Origin: Candidatus Hydrogenedentota bacterium
GTDB taxonomy: Bacteria > Hydrogenedentota > Hydrogenedentia > Hydrogenedentales > SLHB01
DNA: 64,000 nucleotides
Assembly (NCBI GenBank): GCA_045863335.1
Contig: BTVY01000002.1
Span: forward strand, 1-64,000
Reading direction: 5' to 3'
Shown: piece after piece, positions 39,725-49,071 of the stretch
How positions within the stretch are numbered: the stretch's first letter is position 1
Layout: each line of letters begins with the position of its first letter
The notes under the pieces: model-generated
Database searches by the model: none
The model's input: the letters and a program-made list of their open reading frames with translations, nothing else
Told to the model about the DNA's origin: nothing
Position numbers and translations under genes: made by a program

Positions 39725-39829
39725 TGTGATGGTCTCCTCTGCGCTGGAACAGACAAGGAGCGTGACATGCGATACTAGCAGCTCTGATTCGATTGGGCAA
39801 AACCGTTTCGTTGATTTCAGCGCATGCCC

Positions 39830-39958
39830 CACCGGGAGCGCCAGGCTCCAGCCTGGCAAAGTTTCGGAGCAACTGAATTCACCCATACACATGCAGTCAT
39901 TGCATCGCTACCAATCATCGCTCCGACCTCGCCAGGCTGGAGCCTGGCGCTCCCGGTG
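39830..39958. repeat. REP-like inverted doublet (family G)
   Basis: Exact 28-bp inverted repeat CACCGGGAGCGCCAGGCTCCAGCCTGGC at 39830-39857 and 39931-39958. Confidence 0.88.
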
Positions 39959-40097
39959 TGGCCCCCTCCAGTTTCCATTCCGTCGCTGTATTGACCGCGG
40001 GATGCCGTCGTACCCATAATCGATCCGTATGCGGCGGCATCGTCGCACCGTGGCGCGGATACGGCAAGGTATTAAGAGGTTCTTGGGAGCACCGAAT

Positions 40098-41024
40098 ATG
40101 ACCCGAGTCATTCTGGAAACGAAAGTCGAAGACCACGCCCCTCACCTCTATCGCGCCGATGCCATTGGCGCCGGGGTCGATGGTTTCGCGGCCGTCACCG
40201 ACACTGCGGTGGCGCAGTTTCATGAGAAGGGCTATCTCCTCGTTCGTGGTCTCTTCACGGCGGACGAAGTGAAGGCGGCGTTGGCGGAGTTGGACGCGAT
40301 GGTGCGTGCGGACGATCCCCAGTGCGAAGGCATTTGGTTCGAAGGCAGCATCCGCGAGGCCATCGCGCAGATCCCCCACGGCACAGAACACGGCGTATCC
40401 GGTCAGATCGGAGATCTCGCGCTGGGCCAGACCGGCGATATGATGCCCGCGCTTCCCGGGGATGTGCGCGCCAAGTATGTGCGCAAGTTCAACCAGTTTG
40501 CGGAACACCATCCCCCGCTCCGCGCCATGCTGGAGAAACCGGAACTGACGCAGGTGGTCGAGAAGCTTATCGGCGAACGCGCGGCCGTGTTGCAGGAGAT
40601 GGCGATGATCAAACCGCCCAGGGGCCGTGAGAAACCGTGGCATCAGGATCACGCGTACTTCAACTACCCACTCGACACGAAGATCGTCGGCTCATGGATT
40701 TCGCTCGGAGAAGCGACGCCGGAGAACGGCTGCATGCACGTCCTCGCGGGCGCGCACTTGGACGGACCGCAGGTCCACTGGCGGCGGCGGGACTGGCAGA
40801 TCTGCGATGCGGAAGCGGCACGGCGCACGCAGACCGCGGTCCCGGCACAGGCGGGCGACGTGTTGTTCTTCGACTCCAAGCTCCCCCACGGCACGCCCAT
40901 CAACCGGAGCGCCGACTACCGGTGGGCGCTGCAATACCACTTCATCCCGGCGTCTGCAGTCGAGACCCCGGACGAAGACCGCCTGGCGATCTTCGGGAGC
41001 GAAGGAAAGGATGTGACGTGCTGA
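40098..41024 (+). CDS. Phytanoyl-CoA dioxygenase (PhyH) family Fe(II)/2OG enzyme
   Basis: FHEKGYL, KPWHQD, ENGCM, GDVLFF...PHGT..N.S...R. Confidence 0.9.
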   Translation: MTRVILETKVEDHAPHLYRADAIGAGVDGFAAVTDTAVAQFHEKGYLLVRGLFTADEVKAALAELDAMVRADDPQCEGIWFEGSIREAIAQIPHGTEHGVSGQIGDLALGQTGDMMPALPGDVRAKYVRKFNQFAEHHPPLRAMLEKPELTQVVEKLIGERAAVLQEMAMIKPPRGREKPWHQDHAYFNYPLDTKIVGSWISLGEATPENGCMHVLAGAHLDGPQVHWRRRDWQICDAEAARRTQTAVPAQAGDVLFFDSKLPHGTPINRSADYRWALQYHFIPASAVETPDEDRLAIFGSEGKDVTC

Positions 41025-41067
41025 CGACGAACTATTCGAGTTCGGGATTACTACGGTTCGTGGCGGA

Positions 41068-41508
41068 TCAGTCTCCCCCGCCAAGCTGTTGGACATCCGC
41101 CAAGTCGACAGCTCGGCCCGCTGCTCGTTTCGACGCAATCAAATCGTCTTTGGAGATGACTTGGAATTCCTGCCCTTGGTACGTGAGCGAGACACGGTGA
41201 CGCCACGCGTCTTCGAACTCAATTCCAGGAGTAAAGGTCTGAACATCCAGCCGTACACGATCCTGAAAAACAGTGATCTCGTTGGCGAGAATATCGTCTG
41301 CACATGTGAGCGACGCTGTACCCAAATTCGCTTCCAGTAGTGCATCAATCAGCCGTTGTGCATTTGCCGGTGAGGCCTCGATGAGAATGTCGAGGTCGAA
41401 GGTCGCGCGCGGAACGCCATGTAAGATCGCAGCGACGCCGCCGATCACGACGTACTTCACGTCATGGTGCTGAAATGACTTGAATACGTCCTGGAACCGG
41501 TTCAGCAC
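41068..41508 (-). CDS. Nucleotidyltransferase (DUF6036/MNT-like)
   Basis: YVVIGGVA..HG.PRATFDLD and LIASKRAAGRAVDLAD motifs; GTG start overlapping the upstream small gene. Confidence 0.85.
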   Translation of the reverse strand: MLNRFQDVFKSFQHHDVKYVVIGGVAAILHGVPRATFDLDILIEASPANAQRLIDALLEANLGTASLTCADDILANEITVFQDRVRLDVQTFTPGIEFEDAWRHRVSLTYQGQEFQVISKDDLIASKRAAGRAVDLADVQQLGGGD

Positions 41509-41662
41509 GTTTCAGCTCCAGCAATTCTGGGTTTACAGCGAGCGCCAGGTCGGTGAACTCGCAGAGAAGGTCCATCCGTTCCGTCATGGAAAGAGACTGA
41601 AACCACCGCGCCTTGGCCTCGGGAGTCTCGGCGTCTCGGCTGTGTAGTACCCTCGGCTCCAT
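41462..41662 (-). CDS. Small hypothetical protein, likely partner of the nucleotidyltransferase
   Basis: 66 aa, MEPRVLHSRDAETPEAKARWFQSLSMTERMDLLCEF...; LSxxER helix motif; 47-bp overlap with the NTase gene. Confidence 0.65.
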   Translation of the reverse strand: MEPRVLHSRDAETPEAKARWFQSLSMTERMDLLCEFTDLALAVNPELLELKRAEPVPGRIQVISAP

Positions 41663-41758
41663 ACGGTCATCGTACCAATCGGCGCTTGGCGATTCAATTT
41701 GGGAGTACCATCTATATACAAGCCTGAAACCTGTCGCGCGCGTGATACCATAATCCCC

Positions 41759-42433
41759 ATGCGGAAACATTGGCGGCGGATTCGGGAGCATTGGAACCGC
41801 ACGGACACGGTCGTGATGGCGACGAACCATGCGGCGTTGGCGGTGTTTGTGGCGAACTGCTGGTGGCAATCGGCGATGGTCTGCCAGCTGGCCAGCGCGG
41901 TTCCCCTCGCGTTTCAAGTCTGGCGCGCGGTTCGGTCGGACCGGCTGTTGCGCGACGCCCTCGTCTTCGGGGCCATTATCGGATTCGCCTGGCCGGTCGG
42001 CGAAGGTCTCGTGACGGCGGTCTTCGGTTGGTGGGGAGAGTACCTCGCGGCGGGCATCACCATCTGGCACACGCCGCTCTATTGCATCCTCATCGGCTGG
42101 CTGGCCTCGACTCATCTCTACTACCTGTCCCACCGGCTGGAAGCGATGGGGTACGGACGGACCACCGGCATCGCGGTCGTCGGCCTCACCGCATTCGGCA
42201 TGGGACTACTCGGCGAGAATCTGTTTGTCTGGGCGAACATGTGGCGCTACGATACCTCCGGACTGGACTGGTGGGCCATCCCCGCGTTCGTGCCCGTCGC
42301 CTACGGCGCGGGATACGCCATCCTGCCGCTGCTCAACCGCTGGCGCGCCGAACCAACGGCCCTGGCCTGCGGCGCGGTGTTGATTGTGACCTGCGTAGGA
42401 TTCGGCCTCGCATCCGGCTTCTTCCCCCGCTGA
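41759..42433 (+). CDS. Polytopic membrane protein, unknown function
   Basis: About 7 hydrophobic segments with an internal repeat (E..V...WW.Y / E...V...MW.Y). Confidence 0.75.
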   Translation: MRKHWRRIREHWNRTDTVVMATNHAALAVFVANCWWQSAMVCQLASAVPLAFQVWRAVRSDRLLRDALVFGAIIGFAWPVGEGLVTAVFGWWGEYLAAGITIWHTPLYCILIGWLASTHLYYLSHRLEAMGYGRTTGIAVVGLTAFGMGLLGENLFVWANMWRYDTSGLDWWAIPAFVPVAYGAGYAILPLLNRWRAEPTALACGAVLIVTCVGFGLASGFFPR

Positions 42434-42438
42434 CCGAA

Positions 42439-42637
42439 GTGCCTTGGTCCTTCCAGGCCAGAATTCGAGGTGCCTTGGCCTTCCAGGCCAAGATTCTTTG
42501 TGACACGGGCTTCCAGCCCGTGGGGGGGTGAGTCGTAAGCAAATGGACAGTTGCGAACGAGCTTGTGAGATTGGTCAAAGAGTGAAGAAGCCGTGGGCAG
42601 GACGCCCACGCATGTGCACGGGCGGGACGCCCATGCC
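42439..42637. repeat. Cluster of REP-like palindromes between convergent genes
   Basis: Tandem GTGCCTTGG(T)CCTTCCAGGCCA x2 (42439-42496), family F copy (42498-42522), and tandem GGGC(A/G)GGACGCCCA x2 (about 42595-42637). Confidence 0.7.
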
Positions 42638-42648
42638 CCTTGTTGGGC

Positions 42649-44217
42649 TTACTCGGCTGGTAGACCGGGGATGACTCGCTCGGGCAATGGGGGTGCCTCT
42701 GTCGTTATGACGATCTTTACGGATTCGTCTTCGGCGTCCGCGATGGAAATGGTTGCATCCGCAGTGGCGCTAGCTTGAGGACCTGCGATTGCGGAGACCG
42801 GAATTCCTTTGCGGGCCTCCGCCAGGGCAATCGGATTCGGGAAGAGTCCATACACCGAATTCGGCAGGTCCCCGGTCAGCGTTACTACGCCGCCGGCGCT
42901 GCTCCATTCCGTGACGACATCCTTCCGATGTTTTGTCCGTTCCGCGCGCAGGGGGAGGATGCTTAGGGCGGGTACGGCCTCGCTGAAGATCGTGTCGTAC
43001 GCAATGGCGTCGGACAGGTTCATGGGGGCGCCATAGTAATCCCGGTAGTCCGGCAGGACGCCAAGGGGCCCCTCCCCCGCCACTTCCTTCGCCGCCGCCT
43101 GAAACGCCGCAACCCGTTCCCCGGCATCGTGCCAGCGCCGGACTGAGATGAATTGCATGGCGAACAGAATGATCACCAGGCTGGTCGTGATGCCGACCAT
43201 GGAGATGCGCCACTTGGGATGTTCCATAATGCGAAAGAACAGCGCCACCAAGCCTATGGTGAAGAAGGCGTTGGCGAGCAGCAACTGGCCCCCGCCAATG
43301 AGGGATACGAAATCCACGGGCCGGTCCAACGGTCCCAGCCGCAGCGCAACCATCGCAAGGACGCCGAACAGAATGACCGGACGCCGCGCCTTACGGTAGA
43401 TCAGGGCGAACAAGCCCACGACCACCAGGACAGCAAGCCACCCAAGCCAAGGTTGCTCGTGGAAGGCGACTACGGTCTTTGGGAGAAAGCCCAAGGGATA
43501 GAACAGGAAATACAAAGGCGTCATGCGTTGGGCAAGTTGGACGCCCGAGGTGACGAGGTCACCCGCATGCGCGAACAGGCCCACGATACCGGCCACAAAA
43601 AAGACAGCGAGCCTGGCAAAACTTCGCTCGCCGGTTCGGGCGACGAGCAATTCGAACAAGACAATGACAAGGACCAAGGTCGCGTTCCCGGCGTAAGGTA
43701 CGGTCGCGGCCATGAACAGGACAAGGGCCACGGAGACCTTCCAGGCTTTCGGGGTACGCACGTGCGCGGCGTAGGCGGTGAGTGCGAGGAGTGCAATCAG
43801 GCACGGGATAATGTCGCCAACGCCGGAAATATTGAGGACCGCCTCGGAATGGACCGGATTGGCCAGAAAGAGGCACGCCGACAAGGTACCGAACCACCAA
43901 AGCCCGCGAACGGTCAGGTTTGTGAAGTAATAGACGCACATGACGCAGGCATACAGGAGCAGCATGTTGACGAGATGGTAGCCAGGCAACCACGTGCTGA
44001 ATACCGCCATCTCAAGCCGAAAGAGTTGACCGGCGAGGAACGGGAGGTCGCTTCCGGCCGTCGCGAGGACCTCGAAATCCCGGCCCATGGGATAGGTCGT
44101 TACGCTCCAAATATAGATGACGAAAAGATATACGAACAGCGACACCGCGTCGTAGGTGTCGTGGTAGCGCATCCGCAAAGCAACGAGCGGATGGGGTTTC
44201 TTGTTGGGGTCACGCAT
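42649..44217 (-). CDS. Polytopic membrane protein, GT-C fold glycosyltransferase-like
   Basis: Multiple TM helices; GYHLVNMLL and LFLANPVHSEAV motifs resemble TMTC/PMT-type GT-C proteins. Confidence 0.7.
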   Translation of the reverse strand: MRDPNKKPHPLVALRMRYHDTYDAVSLFVYLFVIYIWSVTTYPMGRDFEVLATAGSDLPFLAGQLFRLEMAVFSTWLPGYHLVNMLLLYACVMCVYYFTNLTVRGLWWFGTLSACLFLANPVHSEAVLNISGVGDIIPCLIALLALTAYAAHVRTPKAWKVSVALVLFMAATVPYAGNATLVLVIVLFELLVARTGERSFARLAVFFVAGIVGLFAHAGDLVTSGVQLAQRMTPLYFLFYPLGFLPKTVVAFHEQPWLGWLAVLVVVGLFALIYRKARRPVILFGVLAMVALRLGPLDRPVDFVSLIGGGQLLLANAFFTIGLVALFFRIMEHPKWRISMVGITTSLVIILFAMQFISVRRWHDAGERVAAFQAAAKEVAGEGPLGVLPDYRDYYGAPMNLSDAIAYDTIFSEAVPALSILPLRAERTKHRKDVVTEWSSAGGVVTLTGDLPNSVYGLFPNPIALAEARKGIPVSAIAGPQASATADATISIADAEDESVKIVITTEAPPLPERVIPGLPAE

Positions 44218-44442
44218 AGCGCCAAAGTCTACTGGCCGGGTTCAATGAAGATCAACCTTGACGATAAACCATTTAGCGATATCGTTCGTCCAATTCGGAG
44301 TAGCTGCAACGCTGGTGGTTACCGAAAACCTTACGAACGGTAGATAGGATGCTTGCGAGGCCCCATTCGGCTCTCGTAAACTGGGGTACCGGCCGGCGAT
44401 TTCTGGTGACGCGACGGCCAACGCGTATTGGAGTGTGAAGGC

Positions 44443-46494
44443 ATGATTGCACGTATTTTGTTTTCTCTTGGGCTGGCACTGTGTGGTTCTTCCATGGCAT
44501 TTGCGCAGGCGGATTCTGGCGCGGCGCACGCCAACGACCTCCCTACCATCGCCCGGAACTTCCGGTTGAATGACCATCTCGATGGATCCCACGAGTTGTA
44601 CCGGTATCGGGACTCGAAGGCCATCGTGTTGTTTTTCGCGGGGAACGGATGCCCCATCGTTCGGAAGAGTGTGGCGACGTTGAAGGAAATCCGTGATGCC
44701 TATGCCGAGAAGGGCGTCGCGTTCCTGATGGTTGACGGGAATCCTGGCAACGACAAGGACAGCGTTGTCGAGGAGGCCAACGAATTCAGCATCGATTTCC
44801 CGGTTCTTCTGGACGAAGCACAGACCGTAACAGAAGCGCTCCAGGTCGACCGGACGGCTACGACCTTCGTCATCACACCGGGCAACTGGAAGATCGTGTA
44901 CCGGGGCGCCATCGACGATCGGCTCGGCTACGGAGCGGAAAAGCCGGAACCCACGCACCGCTGGCTAACGGATGCGCTGGACGCGGTTCTCGCGGAACAG
45001 CCAGTGGAGACGCCGTTCACCGAGGCCAAGGGGTGTCTCATCGATCGGCTTCCCGAGCCGAAGAAGATATCGTACTCACGGCATATCGCGCCTGTCCTGC
45101 GGGAGAAATGCGCGACCTGTCATCGAGAAGGCGACATCGCGCCCTTCCCCATGGACAGCTACGAGGAAGTCGTCGATCACAAGCGCATGATCCGGGAAGT
45201 GGTCATGACGAAACGCATGCCGCCCTGGCATGCGGACCCCCACTACGGACAATACGAAAACGACAATGGACTGACGGTGGAGGAAACGCGGCGCTTGCTG
45301 GCGTGGCTCGACAACGATGCGCCGCGAGGCCGGGGCCGCGACCCTCTGGCCAAGGTGAAGCCCATGGAATCGTCCTGGCCGCTGGGCGAACCAGACATCG
45401 TCGTGTCCATGCCGAGGTCCATCGCCGTGCCCGCGACGGGGGTGCTGGACTACGAGTACGTTCGAGTTCCCTACACCGGGACGGAGGACGTGTGGGTGAA
45501 GGCGGCGGACGTGTTGCCGGGCGCGCGGAGCGTCGTGCATCACGTGCTCGTGTTCATCCGGTATCCGGAGCACCTTCGCCATCTGCAACCGGAGTACGAA
45601 GGCGGATTGGACGGCTTCTTCGCGGGGTATGTCCCCGGCATGCAGCCCTCGTTCTTCCCGGAGGGAACGGCCAAGTTTGTGCCTGCAGGGTCCGAGTTCG
45701 TCTTTCAACTGCACTACAGCACAACCGGGAAGGCCGAGGAAGACCTCAGCAAGCTCGGGTTGTACTTGAACAAGGGCGAGCCGAAACGGGAACTGTTCAC
45801 CCGGGCGGCGAGCAACACGGAAATCGCCATCCCGCCCGGCGATCCGGCGTTCCCTGCGAAAGCGGCGTATCGTCTCGGCCAGGATGCAATTCTGTACTCC
45901 ATGTCCCCACACATGCACTTCCGCGGGAAGAGCTTTCGGTACGTGGCCGATTTCCCGGACGGGTCGTCGGAGGTTTTGCTGAACGTCCCCAACTATGATT
46001 TCAATTGGCAGACCATGTACCGCTTCGAGGAGCCGAAGGTGTTGCCCGCAGGCACGGTGATCCGGTGCGAAGGCGCCTTTGACAACTCGTTAGGCAATCC
46101 CATGAACCCCGACCCCGAAAGCTGGGTCTATTTTGGCGAGCAGACCTTTGAGGAAATGTTCATCGGCTATCTTCGCTACGCGTATGTGGACACCGACAGC
46201 AGCGCCCGCACGCAGGATGGCATGTTCGCCGAAGGAGAACGGCCGGGACTGGGTATACCGGTAACGGCCGAAAGTTTGATCGGCACCATGTGGAGGAGCG
46301 GCCGGTTCCGGATCCGCTTCCTCGCGGACGGTGAAGTCCGAGTCGGGCGCGGCATGAAGGGATCGTGGCGCATCGAGGACGACCGCGTCATCATTCACAT
46401 TGCGAACGATGACCACATCCTTCGAATCGACGGCGATAAGCTCGTCGGCGACGATGGTCCATTGCCCAACATCCAACGCGCGGACGCAACTTAG
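44443..46494 (+). CDS. Secreted redoxin + cytochrome c + copper type II ascorbate-dependent monooxygenase-like fusion
   Basis: Signal peptide; thioredoxin-like GCPIV...YRGAIDD...GC; CATCH haem motif; MPPW; VVHH, LHY, PHMH, YDFNWQ and EEM copper motifs. Confidence 0.85.
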   Translation: MIARILFSLGLALCGSSMAFAQADSGAAHANDLPTIARNFRLNDHLDGSHELYRYRDSKAIVLFFAGNGCPIVRKSVATLKEIRDAYAEKGVAFLMVDGNPGNDKDSVVEEANEFSIDFPVLLDEAQTVTEALQVDRTATTFVITPGNWKIVYRGAIDDRLGYGAEKPEPTHRWLTDALDAVLAEQPVETPFTEAKGCLIDRLPEPKKISYSRHIAPVLREKCATCHREGDIAPFPMDSYEEVVDHKRMIREVVMTKRMPPWHADPHYGQYENDNGLTVEETRRLLAWLDNDAPRGRGRDPLAKVKPMESSWPLGEPDIVVSMPRSIAVPATGVLDYEYVRVPYTGTEDVWVKAADVLPGARSVVHHVLVFIRYPEHLRHLQPEYEGGLDGFFAGYVPGMQPSFFPEGTAKFVPAGSEFVFQLHYSTTGKAEEDLSKLGLYLNKGEPKRELFTRAASNTEIAIPPGDPAFPAKAAYRLGQDAILYSMSPHMHFRGKSFRYVADFPDGSSEVLLNVPNYDFNWQTMYRFEEPKVLPAGTVIRCEGAFDNSLGNPMNPDPESWVYFGEQTFEEMFIGYLRYAYVDTDSSARTQDGMFAEGERPGLGIPVTAESLIGTMWRSGRFRIRFLADGEVRVGRGMKGSWRIEDDRVIIHIANDDHILRIDGDKLVGDDGPLPNIQRADAT

Positions 46495-46497
46495 CGC

Positions 46498-49068
46498 CTA
46501 GAATACCTTGGAAGGATTGACGGGCAGTCGTTCCACCCGATGTCTGATGGCGTCGACCCGCCACAGCGAATAGGTAGCGTGCGCATGCGCGGGAATCGCG
46601 CTCAGCGGTTCCGCGGTAAGCACGAGCAAGGTTTCGTCATTCATCCAGGATAGCGAGACCGGTTCCCCCTCGATCGCTGCGACTTTGGGTTGGGTTCTCG
46701 CGGTATTGCAGTACCAGAGTTGGTTTCGCAGGTCGAGCCACGCCACGTATGCGCCCTCGGGGGAGACTTTGGCCAAAAGGGGCGCGTATTCCAGTTGAAG
46801 AATCGTCTCGTAGGTTTCGGAAACAGGGTCGAGTTTGATGATTGCCCCAACGATGCTGATATAGACGACAAAGCCGCCAGCCGCGTTCCAGGCGAGGTTG
46901 CTTGCCGCCGCGGGACATTCGAGAGGTTCATCTCTGAACTCCTCCCAGCTAACGCGTCGGATCTGGGATGATTGTGCCGAGACGTATACGGACTGGTTAC
47001 CAGCCCTAATCGGGACGAGGCTTCCCGGGCGGGCCTCTGAGTTGTTTGATGCAATGGATACCGGAGCACTTCCGGGCGCCCATCGATACCACTTCGCGGG
47101 CCCTGGATTTTGCAGAAACGCGATGTCCCCTACCCAACCCAACGGACCGAAACCCTCGCGTGCAATCTCATCCACGGCTCCATCACTGGGGTTCCACGCA
47201 TAGAGGGGGTCGGCATCGAGCAGGAACATGGTGGCGTCGCTTCTGCCGACGGGATCTGAGGTCAACACGGAAGGCAAGTTGACCCGGTCAGAATGCTCTA
47301 GATCAGGTTTCAGCATTGCGAGACGATCCGCGCCGCGCCCCATGGGGTTTGGATTTGCGGTTACAAGAATCTCCCCGTTCGCGAATCCCTGAACGGCGCG
47401 TGGCAGAACGCGACGCGGCCACACGTTGTTTTCGCGAAGCATGTCGGGATACGTGAATGCGGGATCGAGGATGATCGTATCCACCGGCGCATCAACCGGC
47501 AATAGAAACGAGCCGCCGTTCGCGCCCGGTTCGATAGCGGTTTGCGTGACGCGACTGCCGGACACAAGGGCGACCTTAAGTTCGCCGAACATCGGGATAT
47601 CCCCCGGATTGGAAACCAGAATGCGAACGCCCCCGTCGCTCGCAACCACGTCGTCGATGGCGTAATCGAAGGTGCCCCCGCGCTCGAACCAGACGCGAAA
47701 GGTCTCGCGCAGGTCGGATTCGGAAGCGAGTTCCAGCTCCTGCAAGACTGCCGTATACGAGACAGGGCGATACCGATGAATCCGCAGCAGATTTCGACAG
47801 CCGGAGATTAACTTATCTTGTCCTGTTTGCGCGGCTATGGCCGAAAGCGTATAGGCCTGGCGGACCTGAATAATGGATGGATCGGATTTCGTTCCATCCG
47901 ACGACGGCCTCAAGGCATCCTGCAAGTCAATCAACTTCATTGGGAAATCGACGGTTGGAGGGCAACGAAGCGTCTCTACATATTGGAGGAACTCCCGGTT
48001 CCCCCTAGCGCCTTGGAGTGCCAACCACGCGCTGTACTCGGCAAACCCGTGGACAATCCAGGCAGCGGCCTCGGGTTGTTGGGTGAACCAGCGTCCCGTA
48101 ATCGTACTGCCCCACCAGTTGTGTGCCGTTTGGCGAGCCACGGTTGCGAATCGTTCCGGAGCGGGCTTGAGCGGCATCGGGGGCAGACCTAGTACCGAAT
48201 TGCCGCCGTTGAACGGCTCGTCGATATGCGAGTCAACCACAACCACCACATGGTCAAACCCATCGCTTTCGAATAACACGCGCAGGTAGCTGTAAGCCTC
48301 CCCCACGGTATTGAGCAGCGCTTGCGGGTCGGGAATCGGCGCATCCTGATCCCAGAGCAAACCGCATTGAACGGCTCCGTGAACGCGGTTAAGACTCTGG
48401 TATGGACCAGCGATGAACGTGGCCCCGAGGACCGGCCGCTTTTCCTCCCAGGCAACCCGCTTCCGCTTCCGCGTTTCGTTCGGGTTGATCGTTGGATTCG
48501 CAATGGCCGCCGTCCAGTCTTCGGGAATCTCGACGTAGCCCTGCATCAAGAAGAAACTGGTGAGGTCAGTAGGATGCCAAAGGGATAAGTGAGGAAGGAT
48601 GACGCGATCGGATCCGATTAGCGCCGGCTGCAGTGTATCGCCACTAGGCGACCCCGAATACGTCAATTGAACGGATACCGTCTCGCCTTCCCGCAATGCT
48701 TCGGGACACCTGATCTGAAGCGCCTCGCCATTGCGCCTGCATCGGACGGATTTGCCGTTCACCGTCGCTTTCTCGATGGTATATCCGGGATCAAGCAGAA
48801 CGAGGAGTTCCCGCCGATCGGCTTCGAGAATCGTGATGGTCAGGTCCGCCGTCGCGGAGAGTGACCCCGGACTATCAGCGTTCGAGGGCATGATCGACGC
48901 AAGCACCTCGAGTTCGGTAATGCGTTGACCCGCGATGGCTTCGTGGAGATGCGATTCGTTTGTATCTGGCAGGAGGGGTCCCAGGTACACAAAAGCGACG
49001 TACGCGATTATGACGACGCCTGCGAGCAGAGCCAGTCCAGAGAAGGGTCTGCCCGAGCGGCGCTTCAT
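46498..49068 (-). CDS. Membrane-anchored M1 aminopeptidase-fold protein with degenerate active site and C-terminal beta-propeller-like region
   Basis: N-terminal TM; ARQTAHNWWG aligns to AHExxHQWxG; WIVHGFAEY aligns to WLxEGFAxY; DLRETFRVW; ILDP..PD..RENN. Confidence 0.75.
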   Translation of the reverse strand: MKRRSGRPFSGLALLAGVVIIAYVAFVYLGPLLPDTNESHLHEAIAGQRITELEVLASIMPSNADSPGSLSATADLTITILEADRRELLVLLDPGYTIEKATVNGKSVRCRRNGEALQIRCPEALREGETVSVQLTYSGSPSGDTLQPALIGSDRVILPHLSLWHPTDLTSFFLMQGYVEIPEDWTAAIANPTINPNETRKRKRVAWEEKRPVLGATFIAGPYQSLNRVHGAVQCGLLWDQDAPIPDPQALLNTVGEAYSYLRVLFESDGFDHVVVVVDSHIDEPFNGGNSVLGLPPMPLKPAPERFATVARQTAHNWWGSTITGRWFTQQPEAAAWIVHGFAEYSAWLALQGARGNREFLQYVETLRCPPTVDFPMKLIDLQDALRPSSDGTKSDPSIIQVRQAYTLSAIAAQTGQDKLISGCRNLLRIHRYRPVSYTAVLQELELASESDLRETFRVWFERGGTFDYAIDDVVASDGGVRILVSNPGDIPMFGELKVALVSGSRVTQTAIEPGANGGSFLLPVDAPVDTIILDPAFTYPDMLRENNVWPRRVLPRAVQGFANGEILVTANPNPMGRGADRLAMLKPDLEHSDRVNLPSVLTSDPVGRSDATMFLLDADPLYAWNPSDGAVDEIAREGFGPLGWVGDIAFLQNPGPAKWYRWAPGSAPVSIASNNSEARPGSLVPIRAGNQSVYVSAQSSQIRRVSWEEFRDEPLECPAAASNLAWNAAGGFVVYISIVGAIIKLDPVSETYETILQLEYAPLLAKVSPEGAYVAWLDLRNQLWYCNTARTQPKVAAIEGEPVSLSWMNDETLLVLTAEPLSAIPAHAHATYSLWRVDAIRHRVERLPVNPSKVF

Positions 49069-49071
49069 GGT

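Noticed and set aside
35558-42640. Genomic island integrated at tRNA-Leu
   Set aside because: No integrase, and no duplicated tRNA 3' end was noticed in the window.
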